DNA from: a virus
Taxonomy: Duplodnaviria; Heunggongvirae; Uroviricota; Caudoviricetes
Reading direction: 5' to 3' (one strand)
DNA length: 64,000 bases
IMG/VR virus record: IMGVR_UViG_3300031718_000177
Position numbers and translations under genes: made by a program. The notes under the pieces are model-generated. The model worked only from the letters and a program-made list of their open reading frames with translations. It did not search any database and was not told where the DNA came from. Shown here piece by piece: positions 36,702-45,391 of the stretch; the stretch's first letter is position 1; each line of letters opens with the position of its first letter.

Positions 36702-37988
36702 ATGTACCTTTCTGTAAACAATGATGGGGTCATTAAATCTATTTCTGCTCACCCGCTTGCGGTTACATCTGCGCAAACCATTAAAACACCAGAAATAACC
36801 GAGCAAAATAAGAAGGACTTCTTAGGTAAGCGTGTATTACTCGGAGAGCGCAAACCATTAAGTAAAATCGCTTATGTATGTAACTGGGCAGAACATTGTG
36901 GCATTTCGAGTTATAGCCAAGCGTTGATTTCACATATACAGAAAATTGTTCCAAATGTTAAAATCTTCAGCGAAATTGTACCTAATCCGCCCGACGAAGC
37001 GAACGTTGTTTATAGCTGGCAACGTGGCAACAGTATGATTGAAACCATAGAAAACGTTCTGGCTTGGCAACCAGATATTGTACATATACAACATGAATTC
37101 GGCATTTTCCCTAAAGCCACGCATTTCTTGAAAATGCTAGAGATGCTGGATAGCACACCTTATGCTGTTACCACCCATAGTGTGTATGAACATTTAGATA
37201 AAACTATATGCACTTCATGTATCAAAAATATCATCGCACACTCAGACGAATGCAAAAAGCTTCTACTAAGGTTGGGACATTTAAATACAATTCATGTTGT
37301 AAAACACGGATGTTTGGTATATCCCGATACTACTGAACTTTGGAATATATTCCAAACTGAATATGCTATCATACAATTTGGTTTTGGCTTCAATTACAAA
37401 GGAGTTGATATGGCTATCGATGCCATTGCTTACTTGAAAAAGGATGAAAAGTTTAAGAACATTTTTTACTGTTACCTTTGCAGCGAAAACGAATATACTT
37501 ATAGCATTCATTCGGAATACTATTCTTACTTAAAGAAGAAGGTACTAGAAAGTCATCTGCAAGAAAATGTTGTCATTCTTCGTGGATTTCTGTCGGAAAA
37601 AGTAATTAGCAATTTTTTAAGAACAGCAAGATTGGCAATTTTCCCCTATAAAACCGATCCTAATAACTGTGTTTATGGTGCGTCTGGCGCTATCCGACAT
37701 GCGATGGCCAATGGTGTTCCCGTTATCGCAAGTGATTCGCATCTATTCGATGATTTAGAAGGTATTGTACCAAGGACAAATAACTACTTAACGCTGGCGT
37801 TAGAAATTGATAAAATCTTTAGTAACCAAAATTATAAGCAGAAATTAGTGCAAAAGAACCTGAGGTTCGTGCAAGATAACAATTGGGATGTTATCGCACA
37901 AACTCATATTGATGTTTACAATAACATTATCACAGAACATGAAAAAAAATCTGTGCGCATCCAAGATTTTGAGTTGATTCCGAGTTGA
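36702..37988 (+). CDS. Glycosyltransferase family 4 (GT-B)
   Basis: CGISSYS, HIQHEFGIF, FGFGFNYKG, SGAIRHAMANGVPVIAS, NNWDVIA. Confidence 0.9.
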   Translation: MYLSVNNDGVIKSISAHPLAVTSAQTIKTPEITEQNKKDFLGKRVLLGERKPLSKIAYVCNWAEHCGISSYSQALISHIQKIVPNVKIFSEIVPNPPDEANVVYSWQRGNSMIETIENVLAWQPDIVHIQHEFGIFPKATHFLKMLEMLDSTPYAVTTHSVYEHLDKTICTSCIKNIIAHSDECKKLLLRLGHLNTIHVVKHGCLVYPDTTELWNIFQTEYAIIQFGFGFNYKGVDMAIDAIAYLKKDEKFKNIFYCYLCSENEYTYSIHSEYYSYLKKKVLESHLQENVVILRGFLSEKVISNFLRTARLAIFPYKTDPNNCVYGASGAIRHAMANGVPVIASDSHLFDDLEGIVPRTNNYLTLALEIDKIFSNQNYKQKLVQKNLRFVQDNNWDVIAQTHIDVYNNIITEHEKKSVRIQDFELIPS

Positions 37989-38045
37989 CAGCAAGATATT
38001 ATTGATATATATAGTTGAGGTAACTTTCAGAGGAGAAATGTCAAT

Positions 38046-38453
38046 ATGAAAACTTTAGTTTTTGCGTTTGCAACGGTTATTCTTGCTTTTAGTCTTATGA
38101 CTACCGACGCCTTTGCTCGTGGTGGCGGAGGTCGTGGTGGTGGAGGCGGCGGTCGTGGCGGTGGCGGCTTTAGTCGAGGCGGCGGCGGTCGCGGTTTCAG
38201 TAGAGGGGGCGGCTTTAATAGGGGCGGTCGCGGCTTTGATAGAGGCGGTCGGGGATTCAACAGAGGTTGGTACAACAGAGGTTGGTATCCTTGGGGTTGG
38301 TACTATCCTTATTACAATCCTTACTATTATCCTTATTACGGTTACGGCGGATATGGTGGCTATGGTGGCTACGACGATAGCAGCAATTATGGCTATACTT
38401 GCCCTTACGGGTATTACTACTACAACGGATATTGTTACCCTTACCAATACTAG
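38046..38453 (+). CDS. Signal-peptide Gly/Arg-rich, Tyr-rich protein 1
   Basis: GAGGAG RBS; signal peptide ..AFA; GG-F-x-RGG repeats; Y/P/G-rich tail. Confidence 0.75.
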   Translation: MKTLVFAFATVILAFSLMTTDAFARGGGGRGGGGGGRGGGGFSRGGGGRGFSRGGGFNRGGRGFDRGGRGFNRGWYNRGWYPWGWYYPYYNPYYYPYYGYGGYGGYGGYDDSSNYGYTCPYGYYYYNGYCYPYQY

Positions 38454-38469
38454 CATCGACCTTTTCAAC

Positions 38470-38508
38470 AAAACACTCGGTAGAATTCATTTTCTCCGAG
38501 TGTTTTTT
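38470..38508 (+). terminator. Rho-independent terminator
   Basis: AAAACACTCGG..CCGAGTGTTTT inverted repeat with a T tract. Confidence 0.75.
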
Positions 38509-38518
38509 GTTTCATCTC

Positions 38519-38547
38519 TTGACAAGTCGAAACAATCTCGCTACGCT
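38519..38547 (+). promoter_or_regulatory. Sigma70-like promoter
   Basis: TTGACA-17 nt-TACGCT upstream of 38581. Confidence 0.55.
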
Positions 38548-38580
38548 GAGACATCTTGCAACAAGAAAAAAGGAAAATCA

Positions 38581-39042
38581 ATGAAATCTTTAATTTTTAC
38601 GTTTGTGACTGTTATTGCTTTAATTTTTAGTCCTACTGACACTTTTGGTCGCGGTCGAGGAGGTGGCGGCGGTCGAGGCGGCGGCGGTTTTAGTCGTGGT
38701 GGTGGCGGTTTTAGTCGTGGTGGTGGTGGATTTAATAGAGGCGGCGGCTTTAATCGTGGTGGCGGCTTTAATAGAGGCGGCTTTAATCGTGGCGGCGGCT
38801 TTAATAGAGGCGGTAGAGGCAATTGGGGAGCATGGGAAAGGGATGGCGGTAGATGGCGTCGAAGCTTTGGCGGTTACTACTACTGGTATACTCCTTACTA
38901 CTGGCCTTACAATTACACTCCTGATGGCTACTACATTTATCAAGGATGGCTTTATCCTCGCTGTCCAGATGGATACACTTATAACGCTGAAAATGGAACT
39001 TGCGATCCCGTGGTTATAGATGACGGATATCAAGGCTACTAA
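38581..39042 (+). CDS. Signal-peptide Gly/Arg-rich, Tyr-rich protein 2
   Basis: MKSLIFTFVTVIALIFSPTDTFG then GGFNRGG repeats; C-terminal part of track ORF 38113..39042; AAGGA RBS. Confidence 0.75.
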   Translation: MKSLIFTFVTVIALIFSPTDTFGRGRGGGGGRGGGGFSRGGGGFSRGGGGFNRGGGFNRGGGFNRGGFNRGGGFNRGGRGNWGAWERDGGRWRRSFGGYYYWYTPYYWPYNYTPDGYYIYQGWLYPRCPDGYTYNAENGTCDPVVIDDGYQGY

Positions 39043-39045
39043 ACG

Positions 39046-39723
39046 ATGATGCCGTTAGAGAAAAAACGCCTAGTAGAGTTATTACAAGGCTCTACTCGAC
39101 GTGGTGCTTTTGAGTTATCGTCCGGTAAAACATCCGAATACTACTTGGATTGTCGGCAAGTAACTTTGAATCCGGATGGATTGGGCATAATTTGTAACCA
39201 TATCTGGGACGAAATATGTCGTATGAAAGGAAAGTTCAACGTAAATGCAGTAGGCGGCCCGGCGATAGGTTGTATTCCCATAGTATCCGCTCTGGTAAAT
39301 AAAAGCTCATCGGTCACTGGCTACATGTATCTTAAAGGTTTCTTTGTTCGCGATGTAATTAAAAATCATGGACTACAGAAGAAAATAGAGGGATTGGTAA
39401 AATCTGGCGATAGGGTAATCATCATAGATGATGTAATTACAAGTGGTAAAAGTGCTCTGGAAGCCGCAAAAGCAGTTATGGAATTAGGATGCGAAGTAAA
39501 CAGTATAATATGCGTGGTGGATAGGTTGGAAGGAGCAAAAGACTTATTTAATGAAAATATGATACCTTTTCACCCGATGCTTACAATAGAGGATTTAGGG
39601 ATATTTGAGGTAGATAAACAAAGTTCCAAAGAGGATGACAAACAGCAATCTGCGGACGAAGTAATTAATTGCTCTCATTTAGTACATGACGCAGGATGGC
39701 GAAAGAATGTTTTTGACAAATAG
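39046..39723 (+). CDS. pyrE: Orotate phosphoribosyltransferase
   Basis: FELSSGKTSEYYLD, VGGPAIG, KNHG, VIIIDDVITSGKS, VVDR. Confidence 0.93.
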   Translation: MMPLEKKRLVELLQGSTRRGAFELSSGKTSEYYLDCRQVTLNPDGLGIICNHIWDEICRMKGKFNVNAVGGPAIGCIPIVSALVNKSSSVTGYMYLKGFFVRDVIKNHGLQKKIEGLVKSGDRVIIIDDVITSGKSALEAAKAVMELGCEVNSIICVVDRLEGAKDLFNENMIPFHPMLTIEDLGIFEVDKQSSKEDDKQQSADEVINCSHLVHDAGWRKNVFDK

Positions 39724-39737
39724 AAAGAAGTATTATT

Positions 39738-40100
39738 ATGCTTGTATGTCAAAGGCCCGATATTGTGGGCAAGATGTTAGTCAAACGAAAGTTTAGTGAT
39801 TTACAGTGTGGACTTTTTACAAATAATCATACACCAGGACTGATGGATGTACTTGATTATTATGAGATAAGTGATAATCAAATCGTCGCTCTATCTGGAC
39901 CAAAATGGGAAATTGACGTTACGCCACGCGGCTGGTATGCGGAACACCCCGAAGTAACATTTTCTGGGCAATCACAAGCCTTCGGATATGCTATCTTTAG
40001 GGGCAAGACATTATTATGGTCTGAACGATTCACATTTGAGTGTGTGAAAGAGATATTTGGTTGGACGTTAGACCTGACTCCTACAATTAAAATGGATTAG
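39738..40100 (+). CDS. Hypothetical protein
   Basis: Packed ORF. Confidence 0.55.
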   Translation: MLVCQRPDIVGKMLVKRKFSDLQCGLFTNNHTPGLMDVLDYYEISDNQIVALSGPKWEIDVTPRGWYAEHPEVTFSGQSQAFGYAIFRGKTLLWSERFTFECVKEIFGWTLDLTPTIKMD

Positions 40101-40903
40101 CTAGCAATAAAAGCTAGTCCATCGCTTCCCATAACTTTTATTGGTTTCGGCAACTTTTCTAAACATTGCTCAATTGTTCTATATCTGTCGCACATTTCAT
40201 CTTTTGTATAGATATATTTACAATCTAAGATGGCTCTGTGGAATTGGTATCCATAGACATTACTGCCGTGAAATGTGTAAACATAATGAAATGTATCCTT
40301 TATAGTCGATACCCGATATGACTTATTTAATTCTATGGCAAAATCTACATCTTCTGAAAGGTTCTTAGCCGAATAAAATGATGGAGTGTTAAGATATACT
40401 CCATCTTTCTTTTTATAGAACATCACCGAATTAGTTAAAAATGTTCTCCAATATTCATCTGGCTCTACGCTCCAATCAATACCATAAACCTCACCTATGT
40501 CGGCAAAATATTTTAGATGCGATGTATAATAACAGCCGGTTGTATCATTCCTTATGATTGAGTTGTATTGGGTTGAGAGACGGGCTCCTAGTGAAACGTC
40601 ATCATCATCAAATTGGCAAACTAGGTGGTTGGCAGTCCTCCCTCCAATTACCTCCATGCATGCCTGCCTACGTGCTGCTCCCAGCGTAATCGAGGGGTCC
40701 ACGCGGACAAGTGTGATATCTTTTCTACCCAATTCTTGAATATATTTCTCAATTTGTTCGTTAACTAGTTCGTCACTTTGCGAAGCAATTAGTAGGTTTT
40801 TATTAGTATAGGTTTGGGCGATATAGGAAGGTATGCTATATTTTTTGAGCATATCTAGTCTGTTTTTAGTTACCGTGTAGCAACTTATTGGGTAAGTTTC
40901 CAT
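40097..40903 (-). CDS. Glycosyltransferase family 2
   Basis: SCYTVTKNR, TLGAAR, CQFDDDD, SED; paralog of the next gene. Confidence 0.85.
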   Translation of the reverse strand: METYPISCYTVTKNRLDMLKKYSIPSYIAQTYTNKNLLIASQSDELVNEQIEKYIQELGRKDITLVRVDPSITLGAARRQACMEVIGGRTANHLVCQFDDDDVSLGARLSTQYNSIIRNDTTGCYYTSHLKYFADIGEVYGIDWSVEPDEYWRTFLTNSVMFYKKKDGVYLNTPSFYSAKNLSEDVDFAIELNKSYRVSTIKDTFHYVYTFHGSNVYGYQFHRAILDCKYIYTKDEMCDRYRTIEQCLEKLPKPIKVMGSDGLAFIAS

Positions 40904-41712
40904 ATAAACGCAAGCCCTTCTTTGCCCATCACATTGATTTCATCGCCTAATTTTAATTGATTTAACGAACTACATATTAGTTCTTGATGGTCTAAAATAT
41001 CGGCAATTGATAAACTATTATTTATAGATAGCCATCTATGATGTTGCATATCAAATGTATTAGAATGTTTATGTTGCGACCCATGAAAAGTGTAAACCTG
41101 CATATGCCCTAGATTAGAAGCTTTGGCTATCTTTAATCCGTTATACACATAATCATGCCATAATTGGTTTACCAAGATGACATCTTCCCCTGCTTTCGCG
41201 TGAGAACCTGTCTCAGGATATTTGTAAATATCATTTTTATACATCATGATGGTTCCTGGAATCCAATCGTAGCGATCCAATCCTTTGTAATTCCACTTCT
41301 CCCAAAACAACTCTTTTGTATCCCAATAATAATGTAATTGTTCGGATAGGAAACAAGCAAATGAACCAGTTTTTAGTAAAATAGCCAATTGGGCAGCTAA
41401 GCGACTCGCCGTGCTCAAATCATCATCGTCCCATTGAACTACAATATCGCCAGTAGCTTTTTCTATTGAATAATTACGAACTTCCCCTAATGTACATTGT
41501 TTGTCTAGCGGAAAGAACTTTACGTTGTCCATATCCTTAACATATTCAGCAATTTGATGTTTAGCCGGACCTTCGCAAACTATCACCAGTTCTTTGTTAT
41601 TGTAGATTTGGCTTAGAAAGCATTGGATTGAACGGTGACACAATTCGAATCGGTCGTAGGTGCAGAGACAGCAACTTATTTTAGGTAATTTTTCATTTTT
41701 ATTAGGGTACAC
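40885..41712 (-). CDS. Glycosyltransferase family 2
   Basis: ISCCLCTYDR, TLGEVRN, VQWDDDD, AGED. Confidence 0.9.
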   Translation of the reverse strand: MYPNKNEKLPKISCCLCTYDRFELCHRSIQCFLSQIYNNKELVIVCEGPAKHQIAEYVKDMDNVKFFPLDKQCTLGEVRNYSIEKATGDIVVQWDDDDLSTASRLAAQLAILLKTGSFACFLSEQLHYYWDTKELFWEKWNYKGLDRYDWIPGTIMMYKNDIYKYPETGSHAKAGEDVILVNQLWHDYVYNGLKIAKASNLGHMQVYTFHGSQHKHSNTFDMQHHRWLSINNSLSIADILDHQELICSSLNQLKLGDEINVMGKEGLAFIWKLTQ

Positions 41713-41725
41713 GATATATTATAGT

Positions 41726-42064
41726 ATGAAAACAACCTTACTTATAACAGTCCTGATACTAGGAGTATGTAACTTTGCCCAAGCAGAAGTAGTCCATACT
41801 CGTATCGCAGATGTACAAAATGTACACCCCGTAGAGGGCAGAGACGCAATGAATGCTACGATTGAATTCGACAAACGAGTACCTAACCGACATGGAATAA
41901 TGAGAGTTAGGGTACGCGAGAGACTCATCGATCTTGATGTATGGCCCAGGGGATCAAGAAGATTAACTCGCCATATGGATACACAATGGGGACCGAGAAA
42001 TAGAATACGTCCTAATGAATTGCTTGGTAAAAGAGTTAGAATAATTTATCGCGACGATAGATAA
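41726..42064 (+). CDS. Secreted hypothetical protein
   Basis: Signal peptide MKTTLLITVLILGVCNFAQA. Confidence 0.6.
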   Translation: MKTTLLITVLILGVCNFAQAEVVHTRIADVQNVHPVEGRDAMNATIEFDKRVPNRHGIMRVRVRERLIDLDVWPRGSRRLTRHMDTQWGPRNRIRPNELLGKRVRIIYRDDR

Positions 42065-42099
42065 ACAAAAACCCTCCTGCCCTAAAGAGCAAGAGGGTT
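42063..42099 (-). terminator. Rho-independent terminator
   Basis: AACCCTCTTGCTC-TTTA-GGGCAGGAGGGTT (13 bp including GU pairs) followed by TTTGTTT. Confidence 0.8.
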
Positions 42100-42121
42100 C
42101 TGCTTCGGAAAGCGGATTTGA

Positions 42122-42562
42122 CTAGGCCGCAATCGACTTCCAGTGATGGTTATCGTTGATAACCTTGTGTTCCAACGTCAACTTATGAAGGGCTTGATAG
42201 ACAACCATCTTGAACTTCTTCGGGTCCGTTACGTCGGACTTATAGCCGGCTTTCCGAATATGTGTAGCCACCTGATCCAGCGTCATGCCATCAGGAGTAT
42301 TGGCAAGCAATGCCATAGCGGCATCCTTAGCCGATGCCTTACCCTTTGGATGACGACCGGGACCGGTCGTTCCTGGCGTAGTCGGAGCAGTCGGCGTCTT
42401 AACCGTTTTCTTGCTCTTACCCGTTTTCTTAGCGGGCTTAGGCGTCGGCGTCTTCGCCGTACCAAGCAAGGCGTCGAACTTTGACAATTCCACTTGAGCC
42501 GCTTTACCGGCTTCAACCTGAGCAACAAGCTCAGCGTATCGGGCGTCAAAAGAAGTCGTCAT
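42122..42562 (-). CDS. Lys/Pro/Thr-rich nucleoid-like protein with a C-terminal winged helix
   Basis: Coiled coil, histone-like KTPTPKPAKK linker, SAKDAAMALL..GMTLDQVATHIRKAGY..VVYQALHKL; GAAGGA RBS. Confidence 0.7.
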   Translation of the reverse strand: MTTSFDARYAELVAQVEAGKAAQVELSKFDALLGTAKTPTPKPAKKTGKSKKTVKTPTAPTTPGTTGPGRHPKGKASAKDAAMALLANTPDGMTLDQVATHIRKAGYKSDVTDPKKFKMVVYQALHKLTLEHKVINDNHHWKSIAA

Positions 42563-42656
42563 CGGAACATCCTTCAAACCTTCCCAGTGTTTTGTTGCAT
42601 CTCAAAAGAGTGGGAAGAACCTCTTAAAGATGCTTTTCGTTTTTTCTCATCCCACA

Positions 42657-42690
42657 TCTATCTTACGTCAGCTTCAAGTCAATTTCAAGT
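42657..42690 (-). promoter_or_regulatory. Conserved sigma70-like promoter, copy B
   Basis: acTTGAAAttgacttgaagctgacgTAAGATaga; TTGAAA-17-TAAGAT; direct repeat TTGACTTGAA x2. Confidence 0.7.
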
Positions 42691-42808
42691 CAATTTTCCC
42701 AGATTTTATTGATTTCACCTAAGTTACGTTTTTACATCAACTTCCGTCTAAATATTTCGTGGATGCACTCTCTTACAGTACAGCCCAAAAAGGAAAGGAA
42801 GACCCAAA

Positions 42809-42991
42809 ATGCTCGTATTATCACGCAAACCAGATGAAAAGATTTTACTACAGGTAAAGGGAATGAAAGAGGAAATAGAAGTGACCGTCGTGCGCATCGA
42901 TAATAACAAAGTTAGGCTCGGTTTTTCCGCTTCCTCAGAAGTAACTATTTTAAGGTCAGAATTAGCCGAAAAAGTAGTTAAAACGATATAA
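42809..42991 (+). CDS. csrA: Carbon storage regulator CsrA
   Basis: MLVLSRK..E.I..IEVTVVRIDNNKVRLGF.A..V.ILRSEL. Confidence 0.93.
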   Translation: MLVLSRKPDEKILLQVKGMKEEIEVTVVRIDNNKVRLGFSASSEVTILRSELAEKVVKTI

Positions 42992-43471
42992 TCAATCTTC
43001 GGTGATTAATCTTACAGGATAGCTAGTTAAGTAATCAAATAATGCCTTGGGTGTCCAAATCTTTTGATATTCGTCACCTTTATTGGCAATATCCTCAAGC
43101 TCATCTAAATTAAACCATCGCCAAACTTCGCATTTATTGGGTTCAAGCGGGACTATATCTTCGTGTGTAACTTCAATATCGCCGGTAAGAATAGCTAATA
43201 GATAAATAGTTACATAAAATCTATCATCACCAAGTCGGTTGTAAGTAGTGAACAACTCCTGTCTCACGCCATCTGGGCTAACTACTCGACAAAAAAGGCC
43301 AGTCTCTTCCATAACTTCTCGTTCAGCAGCAAAAAACAATGTTTTGTCTGTAGTTTCTACATGCCCTCCTGGTAAGGTCCATAAGCCATTGCCAAAGGTG
43401 CTTTTACGTTTACCCGCAAGTACTCTACCTTTATGAACAATAGCAACGCCAGTGCCGACTTTAACACTCAT
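42992..43471 (-). CDS. NUDIX hydrolase
   Basis: GLWTLPGGHVE..AAEREVMEETGL Nudix box; LEPNKCEVWRWF. Confidence 0.93.
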   Translation of the reverse strand: MSVKVGTGVAIVHKGRVLAGKRKSTFGNGLWTLPGGHVETTDKTLFFAAEREVMEETGLFCRVVSPDGVRQELFTTYNRLGDDRFYVTIYLLAILTGDIEVTHEDIVPLEPNKCEVWRWFNLDELEDIANKGDEYQKIWTPKALFDYLTSYPVRLITED

Positions 43472-43986
43472 CGTCCTGTCCCTACGGGAAGTGTTCTCGC
43501 AAATGACTTTATCAAATCCATTGCTTCTTTTAATGTAGCTTCTAAATCATTATGGTGAGGACGCCAGTTATATTGTTCCTTACTCCACAACCAATCTAAG
43601 TGTCTCGTATGGTCTGCACCATCGGGTCTTCCATAAACTACTTTCATTGGGTCTTTCGCTAACCAATATCCTAGTTCGACATTGGTAGTGAGACCTAACA
43701 TATCTCCTTTAATATCTCTCGGCACCCAGAATGCTATAACAGCACAATTCGTTAAACAGGCACGCTCCCATTCAACTTGCTTCATATATTTATTAGCAAA
43801 TGGTTCTGGGATACAAACAATACCATCAAAGTCCAACTTTCCGAGGATAGTACAGGCTTTGGCACGCCAGGAAGGTTCGTTTTTATCCCACCACTCAAGG
43901 GGCCTTGCTGTCGGTCCCCCTAGGAACAGTGAGTTTCTTGTATATTCTTTTAATGACTCATCATCACAACTAGTGATTGTCTTCAT
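43468..43986 (-). CDS. Nucleoside 2-deoxyribosyltransferase-like protein
   Basis: LFLGGPT, SWR, QVEWE, IAFW.PR, TTNVELG. Confidence 0.85.
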   Translation of the reverse strand: MKTITSCDDESLKEYTRNSLFLGGPTARPLEWWDKNEPSWRAKACTILGKLDFDGIVCIPEPFANKYMKQVEWERACLTNCAVIAFWVPRDIKGDMLGLTTNVELGYWLAKDPMKVVYGRPDGADHTRHLDWLWSKEQYNWRPHHNDLEATLKEAMDLIKSFARTLPVGTGR

Positions 43987-44333
43987 TGTTTGAGCTTTTC
44001 TGCTACAACTTTTCTCAACTCACTAACTTGTTCTTCGCCCATTTCTTCCCGAAGTTTATCTGCTATGTATTTAGTGTTTTCGTATGTTTCCAGATCTCGC
44101 TTACGTTTCTCGGCAAAATATTTATCTCTTTCATCTATCATCTGTCCTAGGTTGATAAAAGCTAGCACCAGCCAAACTATGATAGACAGACCGCTTATGC
44201 CTAGGAGGGGCATCGCAATATAGTTAGCCCACCACAAACCTCTGGGAATTGTATTGACAGCAATTCCACCAAGCATTGTGAACACGACACCTACTATAAT
44301 CAATCTTCTTGACCACCTATCGAACCAATTCAT
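43983..44333 (-). CDS. Membrane protein
   Basis: Two TM segments and a coiled-coil tail. Confidence 0.6.
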   Translation of the reverse strand: MNWFDRWSRRLIIVGVVFTMLGGIAVNTIPRGLWWANYIAMPLLGISGLSIIVWLVLAFINLGQMIDERDKYFAEKRKRDLETYENTKYIADKLREEMGEEQVSELRKVVAEKLKQ

Positions 44334-45307
44334 TTCAACAACTCCGAAATTGAACCAGTACCATTGTGAATACGGCGTATTGCCTCTGCTACCATTTCTG
44401 TAGTATCAAGAACTTGAGTTTTCTTTAAGTTATTTGTATTCAAGCGAAACGGCGGGATTGTGTCGCACACTACAATATTGGTTTCCATATTGTCGAAATA
44501 TTCATTTGCTTTGCCTACAAATAAACCGTGCGTGGCACAAATAGCAACCACTTGACCGCCATGATTCTGAACCGCTTGATACGCTTGCCACATTGTACTT
44601 CCTGTAGAAATCATGTCGTCGTAAATAATTACATTCGTTCCCTTGACGTTGCCTACGATACGACTGCCTTGGACTTTACCTTCTACACGAACTTTATCCA
44701 TAATAACTACGTCTAGTTCTGTTTTGATACGGCGACCAAAAGCATTTCTAAATCGTCTTGAACGAGGTAGTCCACCACTGTCGGGCGAGAGTACAACTAG
44801 GGGTCTATCGGTAGGTAAATTATTTGCACACCAATCGGCAAAGAGATTCTTAGATTCTAAATTGTCCGGACTCACCCTAAAACCATTCTGTATAGCCGAA
44901 AGATTGTGTGCGTCCATAGTGAGTGTTTGATCCGCTCCAATCGCCTCCATTAACCAAGCAATATATTTTGTAGTAATGGGTTCGCGGCTTTGTGTCTTGC
45001 GGTCTTGCCGGAACGAGGTATAAGGTAATACAGCAGTAATCCTCTCGGCACGGGCATCAACAAGAGAACCAATAAACCATAATAACTTAACAAACTTATC
45101 ACTGGCACTTTCGTTCTCGTCGCTGTATAAACTTTGGATAACGAAAACATCACGACCGCGAACATTGACCATCGAACGTAAATACGGCTCACCATCCTCA
45201 AAATATTTTTCATCCTTGTTTGATAACTCTAGCCCCAAATGTTTCGCTACCTTGGCGGCATACTCTTTTGTGGCATCAAGCCCGAATACAAGGAGATTAT
45301 CGGTCAT
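44330..45307 (-). CDS. prs: Ribose-phosphate pyrophosphokinase
   Basis: FEDGE, VRGRDVFVIQS, RQDRK, SPDSGG, IIYDDMISTGST, ATHGLF. Confidence 0.95.
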   Translation of the reverse strand: MTDNLLVFGLDATKEYAAKVAKHLGLELSNKDEKYFEDGEPYLRSMVNVRGRDVFVIQSLYSDENESASDKFVKLLWFIGSLVDARAERITAVLPYTSFRQDRKTQSREPITTKYIAWLMEAIGADQTLTMDAHNLSAIQNGFRVSPDNLESKNLFADWCANNLPTDRPLVVLSPDSGGLPRSRRFRNAFGRRIKTELDVVIMDKVRVEGKVQGSRIVGNVKGTNVIIYDDMISTGSTMWQAYQAVQNHGGQVVAICATHGLFVGKANEYFDNMETNIVVCDTIPPFRLNTNNLKKTQVLDTTEMVAEAIRRIHNGTGSISELLK

Positions 45308-45391
45308 TTCGAGGCTCCTACTTTATTTTGTTGGTTTTGTTCGTGTCATCTGCTCTATAATACCAATCTATTATTTCATGCATATCCGATT

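Noticed and set aside
38027-39033. Pro-rich and Ala/Thr-rich antisense or alternate-frame ORFs
   Set aside because: Shadows of GGC/GGT repeats, which lack stops in other frames.
38113-39042. 309-aa ORF with a V/A/E-rich N-half
   Set aside because: The N-half is an off-frame reading of the Gly repeats of 38046..38453 and crosses a terminator; only the part from ATG 38581 has an RBS and a signal peptide.
44330-45307. NARP1 ADPR-PP synthetase call for the Prs
   Set aside because: The sequence looks like canonical Prs and no Namat/Nampt partner is adjacent; it cannot be assigned without phylogeny or assay.
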